Shown here: piece after piece, positions 30,751-40,683 of the stretch
Layout of the letters: each line of letters opens with the position of its first letter
Numbering within the stretch: the stretch's first letter is position 1
DNA from: Dolichospermum compactum NIES-806
Lineage (GTDB): Bacteria > Cyanobacteriota > Cyanobacteriia > Cyanobacteriales > Nostocaceae
Length of the DNA: 64,000 nt
Assembly (NCBI RefSeq): GCF_002368115.1
Contig: NZ_AP018316.1
Coordinates: 305,344 to 369,343, forward strand
Direction of reading: 5' to 3'
Translations under genes and position numbers: made by a program
The notes under the pieces: generated by a model
The model's input: the letters and a program-made list of their open reading frames with translations, nothing else
What the model was told of the DNA's origin: nothing
The model's database searches: none

Positions 30751-30962
30751 GATGAAGAAGAGTTGATCATCCCAGTGTTGGGTGGAAATGAACTGCAAGA
30801 TATTCTTTTAGGTGTACGTTGGCTACAAAGTAAGCGACTAGTAGCAGATTTTACCGCTGGGGTGCTAACATTGGGTTAAAAAATTACATTAAGTTTAAGA
30901 AAAATCATTCCCTCCTGATGAAGTGATACCTTAGATGATTAGTTGCCCAAAGAGGCACATAT

Positions 30963-33038
30963 ATGAAAAGCTTTCCGTTTTCTCTTGGTAAAAGTAAGCA
31001 AAATAAGTTTGTCAGCGTGGCTACATCTGCAATTGCAGCCTTAGCTTTAGCAGGTGGTGTTAATGCTGCTAATGCCACTCCCATAAAAACACTGACAGCA
31101 AAAGAATTTACTTCTGTTTCTATTCCCTCTACCCAAACTCAACCCGTAGTTACTCAATCAGTAACTCGTCCAATCCCCTATCAATCAATGGGAATTGAGC
31201 CTTTAATCATTATTCCTGCCATTATTATTGGTGGTTGTTTCTTATTTGGGGGACTGGTAGTTATCGGTGAACGGGAAGTGGGAATTGTGGTGAAAAAATT
31301 CACCCTTTCCGGTAAAGGATTACCTCCTGGTAGATTAATAGCCCTCAATGGTGAAGCGGGTTTACAAGCCGATACCCTCGCCCCTGGTTGGCACTGGGGT
31401 TATTGGCCTTGGCAATATGCAGTGAAAAAAGAGTCGGTAATTGTTGTCCCCCAAGGTCAAATCGCTCTGATTGTCGCCGCTGATGGGGCTTCTAACCCTC
31501 CAGAACGGATTTTGGGCAAAATTGTCGAATGTGATAATTTTCAAGATGCTCGGAAATTCTTAACCAAAGGTGGGGAGAAAGGACGGCAAATTGCTTTTAT
31601 CACCGCAGGTACTTACCGCATCAATACAGCGCTGTTTAAAGTGATTACAGCAGCAAATGCCAGTAAAGAGGGTATGCGTCCAGAACAGTTACAAATCTAT
31701 GAAATAGCAGCGGAAAAAGTTGGTATTGTGACTACTTTGGATGGTTCACCAATTGCCGCAGGTGAAATTGCTGGGCGTGCTATTACCGGACATAATAATT
31801 TTCAGAATGGTCAAAAATTTATTGACGCTGGAGGACAACGGGGTTTACAAGAACAGGTGTTATTATCGGGTTCGTGGAATCTCAATCCTTGGTTGGTAAG
31901 TATTGAACAAGTACCGATGACTCAAATCCCTATCGGCTATGTGGGTGTGGTGATTTCTTTTGTTGGTGAAGAACAGGAAGATGTGAGCGGGGCATCTTTC
32001 ACTCACGGAAATTTGGTTAATCAAGGACATAAGGGTGTTTGGGTTGAGCCTTTATATCCTGGGAAGCACCCGCTCAATACTAAAGTGATGAAAGTTGAGC
32101 TAGTGCCGACAACAAACATTGTCTTAAACTTTACTGATAGAATTAGCGGTCAGCATGGGTATGATACGAATTTAACGGCGCTGAAACTTCTGTCATTTGA
32201 TGGTTTTAGCTTTGATTTGGAGATATTCCAAATTATTCACATTGGTGCGTCAGATGCTCCGAAAGTGATTTCCCGCTTGGGTTCGATGCAAAATGTCATT
32301 GATCAGGTTTTGCGTCCCATTGTGGGGAATTATTTCCGCAACTCGGCTCAAGAATATACTATCCTGGATTTCTTGATTGCCAGAAGTGAGCGTCAAGTTG
32401 AAGCCTCTGAATACGTTAAATCTGCCTTACGTGCTTATGATGTGCAAGCAGTGGATTCGTTGATTGGTTTGATTACGCCACCGAATGAATTAATGCACAC
32501 GCTGACAGACCGGAAAATTGCTGAGGAACAACGCAAAACTTACGAAGTTCAGCAAATGGCAGAAACCCAACGACAAATGTTAGTCCGGGAAACAGCGATC
32601 GCAGATATTCAGCAAGAGTTGGTAAAATCGGAACAAGGTGTCACAATTGCCGAGTTGCAAGCTAACGCACAAATTCAGCAAGCAACAGGTGAAGCTGAAG
32701 CCACTAAACTTAAAGCCATAGCTGAAGCTGAAGGTATCCGGGCGACAGGTAACGCTAAGGCGGAAACCTACCGGACAGGTGTACAAGCTTTAGGTCTGCA
32801 AGGTTACACAGCAATGCAGTTAATGCAAATTGTGGGCGATCGCAATGTCCGCATTATTCCTGATATCATTGTTGGTGGTAATAATGGTAGTAATAATGGT
32901 TTAGCAGATGGTTTGTTATCTATGATTCTTTTGAATCAAACTAATAGCAAAACCCATCTAGAATCGAAAATCCCTACACCTCCACCGCTTTCTAATTCTG
33001 TAGTTCCTAAAGCTGAATCTACTAATCATAATAGTTAG
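30963..33038 (+). CDS. flotillin-like SPFH (band-7) domain protein
   Basis: N-terminal TM (IIIPAIIIGGCFLFGGLVVIG), an SPFH core, then an E/A/Q-rich coiled-coil (...AETQRQMLVRETAIADIQQELVKSEQGVTIAELQANAQIQQATGEAEATKLKAIAEAEGIRATGNAKAETY...) typical of FloT-like flotillins. The true start may be the downstream M at about 31188. Confidence 0.75.
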   Translation: MKSFPFSLGKSKQNKFVSVATSAIAALALAGGVNAANATPIKTLTAKEFTSVSIPSTQTQPVVTQSVTRPIPYQSMGIEPLIIIPAIIIGGCFLFGGLVVIGEREVGIVVKKFTLSGKGLPPGRLIALNGEAGLQADTLAPGWHWGYWPWQYAVKKESVIVVPQGQIALIVAADGASNPPERILGKIVECDNFQDARKFLTKGGEKGRQIAFITAGTYRINTALFKVITAANASKEGMRPEQLQIYEIAAEKVGIVTTLDGSPIAAGEIAGRAITGHNNFQNGQKFIDAGGQRGLQEQVLLSGSWNLNPWLVSIEQVPMTQIPIGYVGVVISFVGEEQEDVSGASFTHGNLVNQGHKGVWVEPLYPGKHPLNTKVMKVELVPTTNIVLNFTDRISGQHGYDTNLTALKLLSFDGFSFDLEIFQIIHIGASDAPKVISRLGSMQNVIDQVLRPIVGNYFRNSAQEYTILDFLIARSERQVEASEYVKSALRAYDVQAVDSLIGLITPPNELMHTLTDRKIAEEQRKTYEVQQMAETQRQMLVRETAIADIQQELVKSEQGVTIAELQANAQIQQATGEAEATKLKAIAEAEGIRATGNAKAETYRTGVQALGLQGYTAMQLMQIVGDRNVRIIPDIIVGGNNGSNNGLADGLLSMILLNQTNSKTHLESKIPTPPPLSNSVVPKAESTNHNS

Positions 33039-33090
33039 GCGAATAGAATTTGCGGCTACACAAACAAAGTCCGCGCAAGCGGACTAAATA
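33039..33090. repeat. partial inverted copy of the 12671-12875 element
   Basis: gcgaatagaatttgcggctacacaaacaaagtccgcgcaagcggactaaat matches the reverse complement of 12781-12832. Confidence 0.5.
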
Positions 33091-33109
33091 AGTTTTTGAT
33101 CAAACCAAT

Positions 33110-33269
33110 ACCTTGTCCATTTTTTGTAGGTCGGGTTAAGCGACAGCGCAACCCGACGCATTTTTTGGGTTATGGCTATCGCCACACTATGGCTAACGCC
33201 ACGCTCCGCGAACGTGAACGTGCCTCAACCCAACCTACAAATCAAGACTTTTTTCAATTTGGACAAGGT
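33110..33269. mobile_element. MITE family A, copy 2 (direct orientation relative to copy 1)
   Basis: Identical to 30591-30750 except gaaGgtgaac versus gaaCgtgaac. Confidence 0.7.
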
Positions 33270-33273
33270 ATTG

Positions 33274-33819
33274 TCAAACGTAATCAATTTTTCTTGTAGA
33301 ATCAGAACAGGGACGCAAACGAGTGATATTGAGTCCGGGATAACTATCCAGAGTGAGTTCTAAACCATTAGTTACACCTTGTATCTGAAGTTGCTCTTCT
33401 AAATAAAGCAAAATTACTTTAGTTCCTTGTCTTAAAATCTCAGATGGCATTAAACTCAGACTATTACCTTTTAAGTAAAGATTTTTAAGTTTTTTCAATC
33501 TGCCGATTTCAGGTGGCAGTGACTCTAAGTAATTATTGCTAAGGTCTAAGGTCTCTAAATTAGTAAGTTCTCCAATTTCACTAGGTAAATATCTAAGTTG
33601 ATTGTTGCTAACAGCTAATATTTTTAAGCTAACCAACTGCCCAATTTCAGTAGGTAATATTTTTAGTCTATTTTCCCCAATATCTAGTTTTTTTAGAGGA
33701 TGTTCTAAAATCTTATGAATATTTTTTTGAAGATTTGGACTAGTTAGCTGTAAATCTCCAAGGTCTAATTCAGTTCCTTTATTTTTTACAATTCTGCCAA
33801 AAAAATTATTGTTGATCAT
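33274..33819 (-). CDS. leucine-rich repeat (LRR) protein, 181 aa, without catalytic domains
   Basis: Consecutive ~23-aa repeats of the form LxxLPxEIGxLxxLxxLxLxxNxL (LKILPTEIGQLVSLKILAVSNNQLRYLPSEIGELTNLETLDLSNNYLESLPPEIGRLKKLKNLYLKGNSL). AT-rich. The stop codon lies 5 bp from the end of MITE copy 2. Confidence 0.7.
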   Translation of the reverse strand: MINNNFFGRIVKNKGTELDLGDLQLTSPNLQKNIHKILEHPLKKLDIGENRLKILPTEIGQLVSLKILAVSNNQLRYLPSEIGELTNLETLDLSNNYLESLPPEIGRLKKLKNLYLKGNSLSLMPSEILRQGTKVILLYLEEQLQIQGVTNGLELTLDSYPGLNITRLRPCSDSTRKIDYV

Positions 33820-34322
33820 AAATTTATTTCTCTATTTTAATACCTTCGCCAATTTACGAGGGTAAGTTTATAAAGCCTTCACTAATAACTCGCTGTTCTC
33901 TAAAGCAAAACAATAAGTCCTAAAAATTCCCTGAAGGTTTCTCACAAGGTATTTTTTAGCATATTGCTTGCTGTATAGAGGCTTTAAGAGTCTACTATCT
34001 TGTAAAGTAACACTGATTTATGAGTTGTTTTGGACAAATTGACAAAATTTTTGTCGGCTCTCAATTTAGCAAAGGTATTGTTAAATACAGGACTTCTCGC
34101 TGCTATAAGGTGCAACAACAGCAATTAGTAAACCAGTTTTTAAATGTTGAGGATTGATTAAGTCAAGAGCAAATGGAGATGATTGTATCAACTATTTTGG
34201 TTGGAGTTGGAGAAAAAGTACGTAAAAAAAAATTTGAGTTTTGACCACCATAACTGTTTCTTCTAACCATAAACTTTCTGGTTGTCTTCAAGTCATGTCC
34301 TTACCAAATTATTCTAAGATAA

Positions 34323-35099
<777 letters not shown>

Positions 35100-35100
35100 T

Positions 35101-35191
35101 TGGTGATTGGTGATTGGGAAGAAAAAGACAAACATTGTCCCCTGCTCCCCTGCTCCCCTGCCCCCTATTCCCTGTTCCCTGTTCCCTGTTC
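35101..35191. repeat. STRR heptamer tracts (TGGTGAT x2; CCCCTGC x3; TCCCTGT x3)
   Basis: Tandem 7-mers visible between the convergent fabG and the transferase gene. The same TCCCTGT unit occurs at 2535-2559. Confidence 0.7.
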
Positions 35192-36265
35192 ACGGATTAT
35201 TCTTTGCCAAACGGTAAAGCCTAACAGCAAAATAATACCGGCAGCAGTAGCCAGCATTACTGGTAAACTCATACCCTGAACTTTCATCGCCAGCAAATTA
35301 CAACCTAAAGTAATTGACCAGAGGATAAAAGCTGCATTGCGTTGGGATAGTCCCCAAGCCAACAAACGATGATGGATGTGGTCTTTACCTGGTGTACTCA
35401 GAGGGTTTTTTCCTGCCATGAGCCGGCGCACAAATACTTGAGTAGTGTCAATAACTGGCAAGAGCAGAAATAAAACTGTCGGTATCAGGGCATAGATTGT
35501 ATTTAGTTGGAGTTTACCTAAAATGCTGGTTGCTGCTAACACATAGCCAAAAAAGTATGCTCCAGCATCACCCATAATGATGTGTGAGGGGTGAAAATTA
35601 TGGCGTAAAAAGCCCAGTGCTGCCCCTCCCAAAGCTGCTAAAACTAGAGTAGCAGCTGCGCGATTATCAAACTGGGCAGAAACTCCTAACAAACTGATAG
35701 CAGTGATAAAGCTAATCCCACCAGCCAAACCATCCATCCCATCCATGAGGTTAACAGCATTAGTAATCCCCACCACCCACAGCACTGTTAAGGCCATAGA
35801 CAAGAGGGAATCAATGGGTGTACCAAAGGCAACTTGGATGCTAATTCCGTTACCAACCAACAAAAGTGCTGTTGTTACCTGCGCCCATAACCGCACGGAC
35901 GGGGGTAAGCCAAATTGGTCATCAATAAAGCCGACGAGAACTAAAATTGAACCACCGAGGAGAATCGTTAAAACCTGAGCTAAAACGCCTTGCAGTTCAA
36001 TCGGCCGCAAGAGACTAGCTAAGACCAAAGCCGCAATTACCCCCGCGTAGATTGCCAAACCTCCCGCATTAGGTAAAGGTTCTTGATTCAGTCGTCGAGC
36101 GTTGGGTTGATCTGCCCAACCTACCTCTAAGGCAAATTTCCGAATTGTGGGAATTAAACGCCAGGTAACAATTAAAGCTAATAGAAACGTAAATAATACA
36201 GCTAACCAGCCGGAGCCGCTAGGGTCAGCAATGCCAAGGGATTTAAGGGAGTTGGCTAAGTTCAT
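35165..36265 (-). CDS. MraY/WecA-family polyprenyl-phosphate N-acetylhexosamine-1-phosphate transferase
   Basis: About 10 TM helices with the signature motifs GFIDD and NAVNLMDGMDGLAGG, plus the C-terminal HHRL... block. It cannot be assigned to MraY versus WecA by eye. Confidence 0.75.
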   Translation of the reverse strand: MNLANSLKSLGIADPSGSGWLAVLFTFLLALIVTWRLIPTIRKFALEVGWADQPNARRLNQEPLPNAGGLAIYAGVIAALVLASLLRPIELQGVLAQVLTILLGGSILVLVGFIDDQFGLPPSVRLWAQVTTALLLVGNGISIQVAFGTPIDSLLSMALTVLWVVGITNAVNLMDGMDGLAGGISFITAISLLGVSAQFDNRAAATLVLAALGGAALGFLRHNFHPSHIIMGDAGAYFFGYVLAATSILGKLQLNTIYALIPTVLFLLLPVIDTTQVFVRRLMAGKNPLSTPGKDHIHHRLLAWGLSQRNAAFILWSITLGCNLLAMKVQGMSLPVMLATAAGIILLLGFTVWQRIIREQGTGNRE

Positions 36266-36369
36266 TTGCTCCCAATATAATCATTAGTTTTATGGTCAAA
36301 CATAAGTATCAATTGTTAATATTAACCAATTTTGGGATTTTGATTGTTAATCTAAATTGGGAAAAGGGA

Positions 36370-36396
36370 TTAGCACTCTTGGTCAGTGAGTGCTAA
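36370..36396. promoter_or_regulatory. CIRCE element (HrcA operator) upstream of groEL
   Basis: Perfect TTAGCACTC-N9-GAGTGCTAA at 36370-36396, about 30 bp upstream of the groEL ATG. Confidence 0.85.
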
Positions 36397-36428
36397 ATTG
36401 TCTAATGGAAGCAATAGAAAAATAAAAC

Positions 36429-38129
36429 ATGACTAAGATTATTGCATTTAAGGAAGAATCACGACGTGCATTAGAGAGGGGTATTAACGCTCTGGCAGAT
36501 GCAGTGAAAATCACTTTAGGACCAAGAGGTCGTAACGTCCTATTAGAGAAAAAATTTGGTATTCCCCAAATTGTTAACGATGGTATCACTGTTGCTAAAG
36601 AAATTGAATTAGAAGATCCTCTAGAAAATACTGGTGCTAGACTAATTCAGGAAGTAGCATCAAAAACTAAGGATATAGCTGGCGATGGGACTACCACTGC
36701 CACAGTTCTAGCACAAGCCTTGATTAATGAAGGTTTGAAGAATGTAGCTGCGGGGACAAATCCTATTAGTTTAAAACGGGGTATTGATAAAACCGTTGAG
36801 GCGCTGGTAAAAGAAATTGCCAATATCGCTAAACCCGTAGAAGGAAGTGCCATTTCCCAAGTTGCCACAGTTTCCGCTGGTAATGATGGGGAAGTTGGAC
36901 AAATGATCGCGCTGGCGATGGAGAAAGTGACCAAAGACGGTGTGATTACCGTTGAAGAATCTAAATCCTTCACCACTGAACTAGAAGTAGTAGAAGGAAT
37001 GCAGGTTGATAGAGGTTATATTTCTCCCTACTTCATCACCAACAACGAACGGATGACAGTGGAGTTTGAAAATGCTCGCATCCTGATTACCGATAAAAAA
37101 ATCAGCAGCATTCAAGATTTAGTCCCCATTTTGGAAAAAGTTGCCCGTTCCGGTCAACCTTTATTGATTATTGCCGAAGATGTAGACGGTGATGCTTTAG
37201 CAACCTTGGTTGTGAATAAAGCGCGTGGTGTATTAGCGATCGCCGCAATTAAAGCTCCTGGTTTTGGCGAACGTCGCAAAGCTATGTTAGAAGACATTGC
37301 CATTCTCACCGATGGACAAATGATTTCTGAAGACATTGGCTTAAGCTTAGATACCGCCACTTTGGAAATGTTGGGAACAGCGGAAAAAATCAACATTGAC
37401 AAGGAAAATACCACCATTGTCGCTGGTAATGCTGCTAAACCAGAAATCCAAATTCGGATTGAGCAAATTCGCAAACAATTAGCTGCAACTGATTCCGACT
37501 ATGATACCGAAAAACTGCAAGAACGCATTGCTAAGTTAGCCGGTGGGATTGCCGTGATTAAAGTCGGTGCAGCCACAGAAACCGAACTCAAGGACAGAAC
37601 CTTGCGGATTGAAGACGCACTCAACGCTACTAAAGCCGCAGTAGAAGAAGGTATTGTTCCCGGTGGTGGTGCAACCCTAATTTATTTATCTACCAAGATA
37701 GAAGCAATTAAAAATAGCCTCACCCCCGAAGAAAGAATTGGCGCTGATATTCTTAAAAAAGCTTTAGAAGCTCCCTTGCGGCAAATCGCAGAGAACGCTG
37801 GGGCAGAAGGTTCTGTGATTGTTGCCAGAGTGCGGGAAACTGATTTGAATATCGGTTATAACGCAGCTACAGGGGTATTTGAAGACTTAATTGCTGCTGG
37901 TATTATTGATCCCGCAAAAGTGGTTCGTTCCGCCTTACAAAACGCCTCTTCTATTGCCGGTATGGTTCTAACCACCGAAGCCATTATTGCCGAAAAACCT
38001 GAAAAACAATCCGCTGGGGCCCCTGATGGTGGTATGGGCGGTATGGGTGGCATGGGCGGTATGGGTGGTATGGGTGGTATGGGCGGTATGGGTGGCATGG
38101 GTGGCATGGGTGGCATGGGTATGTTCTAA
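36429..38129 (+). CDS. groEL: chaperonin GroEL (stand-alone GroEL2 type with a C-terminal GGM repeat tail)
   Basis: [42 protein letters not shown]..., ending (GGM)n MF. There is no groES immediately upstream, so this is the solitary cpn60-2 copy typical of cyanobacteria. Confidence 0.95.
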   Translation: MTKIIAFKEESRRALERGINALADAVKITLGPRGRNVLLEKKFGIPQIVNDGITVAKEIELEDPLENTGARLIQEVASKTKDIAGDGTTTATVLAQALINEGLKNVAAGTNPISLKRGIDKTVEALVKEIANIAKPVEGSAISQVATVSAGNDGEVGQMIALAMEKVTKDGVITVEESKSFTTELEVVEGMQVDRGYISPYFITNNERMTVEFENARILITDKKISSIQDLVPILEKVARSGQPLLIIAEDVDGDALATLVVNKARGVLAIAAIKAPGFGERRKAMLEDIAILTDGQMISEDIGLSLDTATLEMLGTAEKINIDKENTTIVAGNAAKPEIQIRIEQIRKQLAATDSDYDTEKLQERIAKLAGGIAVIKVGAATETELKDRTLRIEDALNATKAAVEEGIVPGGGATLIYLSTKIEAIKNSLTPEERIGADILKKALEAPLRQIAENAGAEGSVIVARVRETDLNIGYNAATGVFEDLIAAGIIDPAKVVRSALQNASSIAGMVLTTEAIIAEKPEKQSAGAPDGGMGGMGGMGGMGGMGGMGGMGGMGGMGGMGMF

Positions 38130-38164
38130 TTTGCCACTTTCCCAAATCCATAATTTATAAATTA

Positions 38165-38199
38165 CCCACCCCTCAACTTAGTAAGGGTGGGTTTTTTTA
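38165..38199. terminator. intrinsic terminator of groEL
   Basis: CCCACCC-ctcaacttagtaa-GGGTGGG followed by TTTTTTT. Confidence 0.6.
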
Positions 38200-38319
38200 A
38201 CCGTTATTAAGTACCACGACAGAATTAATTACATATTGGTTATTTACCAATTCTTTGCCAGTTAAGGATTTCAGCCCAGATTTTTGTGTAATTAATTTTG
38301 TCCAATTACTTATAGCGGT

Positions 38320-38497
38320 ATGCACTCTTGGTGAGATTCAGTAGGGGTTTCCCCGCCCTTGATTGTATTGCATCAAGCGCGATAACTGTTATTACAGCAA
38401 ATTGTCATCAAACCCGGAACAAGAACCCCACCCCCAACCCCCTCCCCGCAAGCGATGAGGGGGCTAAGATGTACCTTATATGATTGGAAATCGCTGT
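38320..38497. repeat. dispersed repeat, copy B (the same family as 5252-5331 and 8779-8926)
   Basis: tatagcggtatgcactcttggtgagattcagtaggggtttccccgcccttgattgtattg ... aagaaccccacccccaaccccctccccgcaagcgatgagggggcta. Confidence 0.5.
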
Positions 38498-38644
38498 AAG
38501 TACCTGAACAAAATTAATTGCACATTTTTTTAATAAACAGAAATCTCTGTATTCCTTTTGCCTGAACATATTATTTAATCAAAATTTACTGATGATTATT
38601 AAATCCGCAGAATTACAAATTACCACATTACTAAAATATGAGAA

Positions 38645-39385
38645 ATGCAAATCCTGAAACGCAATATTGAGTTAAAAGTTGATGATAGTTTAATGCGGGT
38701 TTATGTGGCATCTCCCAAACCAGCAGGTAAATATCCAGGAATTGTTTTTTACAGTGATATTTATCAATTAGGTGATGCCATAATTCGGTTAATTAATTAT
38801 TTGGCTGGATTTGGTTATGTTGTCGCAGCGCCGGAAATTTTTCACCGCATTGAACCGATAGGTTCTGTTATTGAACCTAATGATCTTGGCAGAATGCGCG
38901 GTAATGATGATGCCCGACGGACATTAATTTCTGAATATGATGCTGATACTCGTGCGGTAATTGATTTTCTCAAACATGAAAGTTCAGTTATTGCTGATCA
39001 AATCGGAACATTGGGTTTTTGTATTGGTGGACATTTAGCTATGCGTGCTGCTTTTGAAAGTGAAATTGAAGCTTGTGTTGCTTGTTATCCTACAGGTATT
39101 CCTATTGGTAAATTAGGTAAAGGTGTGGCAGATACTATTCACAGATTTGAGGAAATTAAAACAGAAATATTGTTAATATTTGGAACTGAAGATCCACATA
39201 TTTCTGAACATGATCGGCATACTATAATCAATGCTTTGGAAAACGCCAAAATCCATCATCAATTTTTCGCTTATGAAGCCGAACATACTTTTATGAGAGA
39301 TGACGGTTATCGTTATGATCCTGTTGCTGCTACTTCCGCATGGTCACAAATTATTGCTTTTTTAGAACGGAAATTTAGAAGATAA
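38645..39385 (+). CDS. dienelactone hydrolase family protein
   Basis: 246 aa with GIVFYSDIYQL, the nucleophile elbow region GTLGFCIGGHLAM and a C-terminal His region, giving an alpha/beta-hydrolase DLH-like layout. Confidence 0.7.
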   Translation: MQILKRNIELKVDDSLMRVYVASPKPAGKYPGIVFYSDIYQLGDAIIRLINYLAGFGYVVAAPEIFHRIEPIGSVIEPNDLGRMRGNDDARRTLISEYDADTRAVIDFLKHESSVIADQIGTLGFCIGGHLAMRAAFESEIEACVACYPTGIPIGKLGKGVADTIHRFEEIKTEILLIFGTEDPHISEHDRHTIINALENAKIHHQFFAYEAEHTFMRDDGYRYDPVAATSAWSQIIAFLERKFRR

Positions 39386-39499
39386 TTATCAACATACATA
39401 AATCCCCCATTTCTCAAAGAAGTCGGGGATTTTGTCGTTGCTAGACCATAATATTTGTTAAACTAAGATTGAGAAAAGCAAAATTTATTTTATTTATTT

Positions 39500-39879
39500 A
39501 TGACTTTCTCCCCTCCGTTGATTTCTCAATCAGATCCTCCCCTTCCCCCTTGGGAAAATCTGCCGACAATGTATGATTTACCTAATGAAAACCCAGAGGA
39601 AAAAGGTTTGCCAGACGAATTTCATTTTTTACAACCTTTACTTTTATATCTGACCTTTCAACCTCTAAATTGGGGTTAAGGTGGTTTACTCTCGCAGGAG
39701 AATTAATTCCTGAACCAACAGAAAAAGTTGTTGCTGCGACAGAAAGGGCTATTCTTGCTGAGAAGAATGCTAAAGAAGCTCAACAAGAAGCAACTGAAGC
39801 TAAAAGAAAAGCCGAAAAACTAGCAGAAAGGTTACGTCAGTTAGGTATTAATCCTGATGAATCTGATGATAATTCATAG
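39500..39879 (+). pseudogene. Uma2-family (DUF820) endonuclease remnant: N-terminal and C-terminal pieces in different frames, with the nuclease core missing
   Basis: Frame 1 gives MTFSPPLISQSDPPLPPWENLPTMYDLPNENPEEKGLPDEFHFLQPLLLYLTFQPLNWG*, a typical Uma2 N-terminus. A second frame continues ...RWFTLAGELIPEPTEKVVAATERAILAEKNAKEAQQEA...LAERLRQLGINPDESDD, a typical Uma2 C-terminal tail. The total is about 125 codons against about 200-240 for intact members. Confidence 0.45.
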
Positions 39880-39979
39880 TTAATATCCAAATCCCCAAAT
39901 TCTTGAAGAAATTGGGGATATCAATTTTCAATTTTACCTCAACCTACTTTTCCTGTGTTTTTTGAAAGTAGATAAATTT

Positions 39980-40678
39980 CTAATCATTAACTGACAATAA
40001 ACCGGGGGGAGGAGTAATTTCAACTCGACGGGTTGCTAAATCAACAACAGGAACAATTTCCATGACAAAAGGAATTAAAACTGTTTTTTGTTTTTTATCA
40101 GTTTTAAATTCTTCATGGTTAGTGACAAAATCAGGATCAAATTTAACTTCTAATAAATCATGACCTGAAGGCAATATATCCACCACCGTTCCCACAAATT
40201 CCCCAGATGATTGCATAAAGACTTGCAACCCTAGCAAATCTAACACATGAAATTCACCTGCTGCCAATTCTGGGCGATCGCTCACCGGCACAAAAAACCG
40301 ACAATCACGCATATTTTCAGCTTGATGGCGATCGCTCACTCCCTTTAATTTAATCACATAGAGATTCTTCCCATCAAGATACCGTCCATGTAACAACTCC
40401 ACAGATTCAAGTTCCGTTTCCCCAGGACGCAACAACCAGCGTTTTCCTGGTTTCTCAAAGCGTTCAGGAAAATCAGTATTAGGATAAACTCGCAACTCCC
40501 CAGTTAAACCTTGAGGAGAGACAATTTTGCCAATTTCCAACCAATCATCAAGATTAGGGCTTGGTGATTGGTGATTGGTGATTGGTGATTGGGGACTAGG
40601 AACAGGTGACTTTTTGACCTTTCCCTCTGCACCCTGCCCCCTGCCCCCTTGCTTCTTTTTCCCGTCTTCGTGGTTCAT
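39980..40678 (-). CDS. rimM: ribosome maturation factor RimM (the annotated N-terminal ~45 aa are low-complexity and encoded by STRR/hairpin repeats; the true start may be the TTG at 40540)
   Basis: The core ...WLEIGKIVSPQGLTGELRVYPNTDFPERF...VIKLKGVSDRHQAENMRDCRFFV...HVLDLLGLQV... has RimM N-domain and PRC-barrel layout. The extension MNHEDGKKKQGGRGQGAEGKVKKSPVPSPQSPITNHQSPSPN is translated from the GGTGATT x4 and CCCCTGC repeats. Confidence 0.75.
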   Translation of the reverse strand: MNHEDGKKKQGGRGQGAEGKVKKSPVPSPQSPITNHQSPSPNLDDWLEIGKIVSPQGLTGELRVYPNTDFPERFEKPGKRWLLRPGETELESVELLHGRYLDGKNLYVIKLKGVSDRHQAENMRDCRFFVPVSDRPELAAGEFHVLDLLGLQVFMQSSGEFVGTVVDILPSGHDLLEVKFDPDFVTNHEEFKTDKKQKTVLIPFVMEIVPVVDLATRRVEITPPPGLLSVND

Positions 40679-40683
40679 TTCTC

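Noticed and set aside
30646-30879. 77-aa ORF (MGYGYRHTMANATLREGERASTQPTNQDFFQFGQG...) and its twin at 33096-33299
   Set aside because: Both start inside the two identical MITE copies. The identical N-termini reflect identical DNA rather than a conserved gene, and the reading frames diverge into junk outside the repeat.
36647-38116. Minus-strand ORFs inside groEL, including a PPMPP-repeat ORF
   Set aside because: They are antisense to groEL. The PPMPPIPP repeat is simply the reverse complement of the GGM tail codons.
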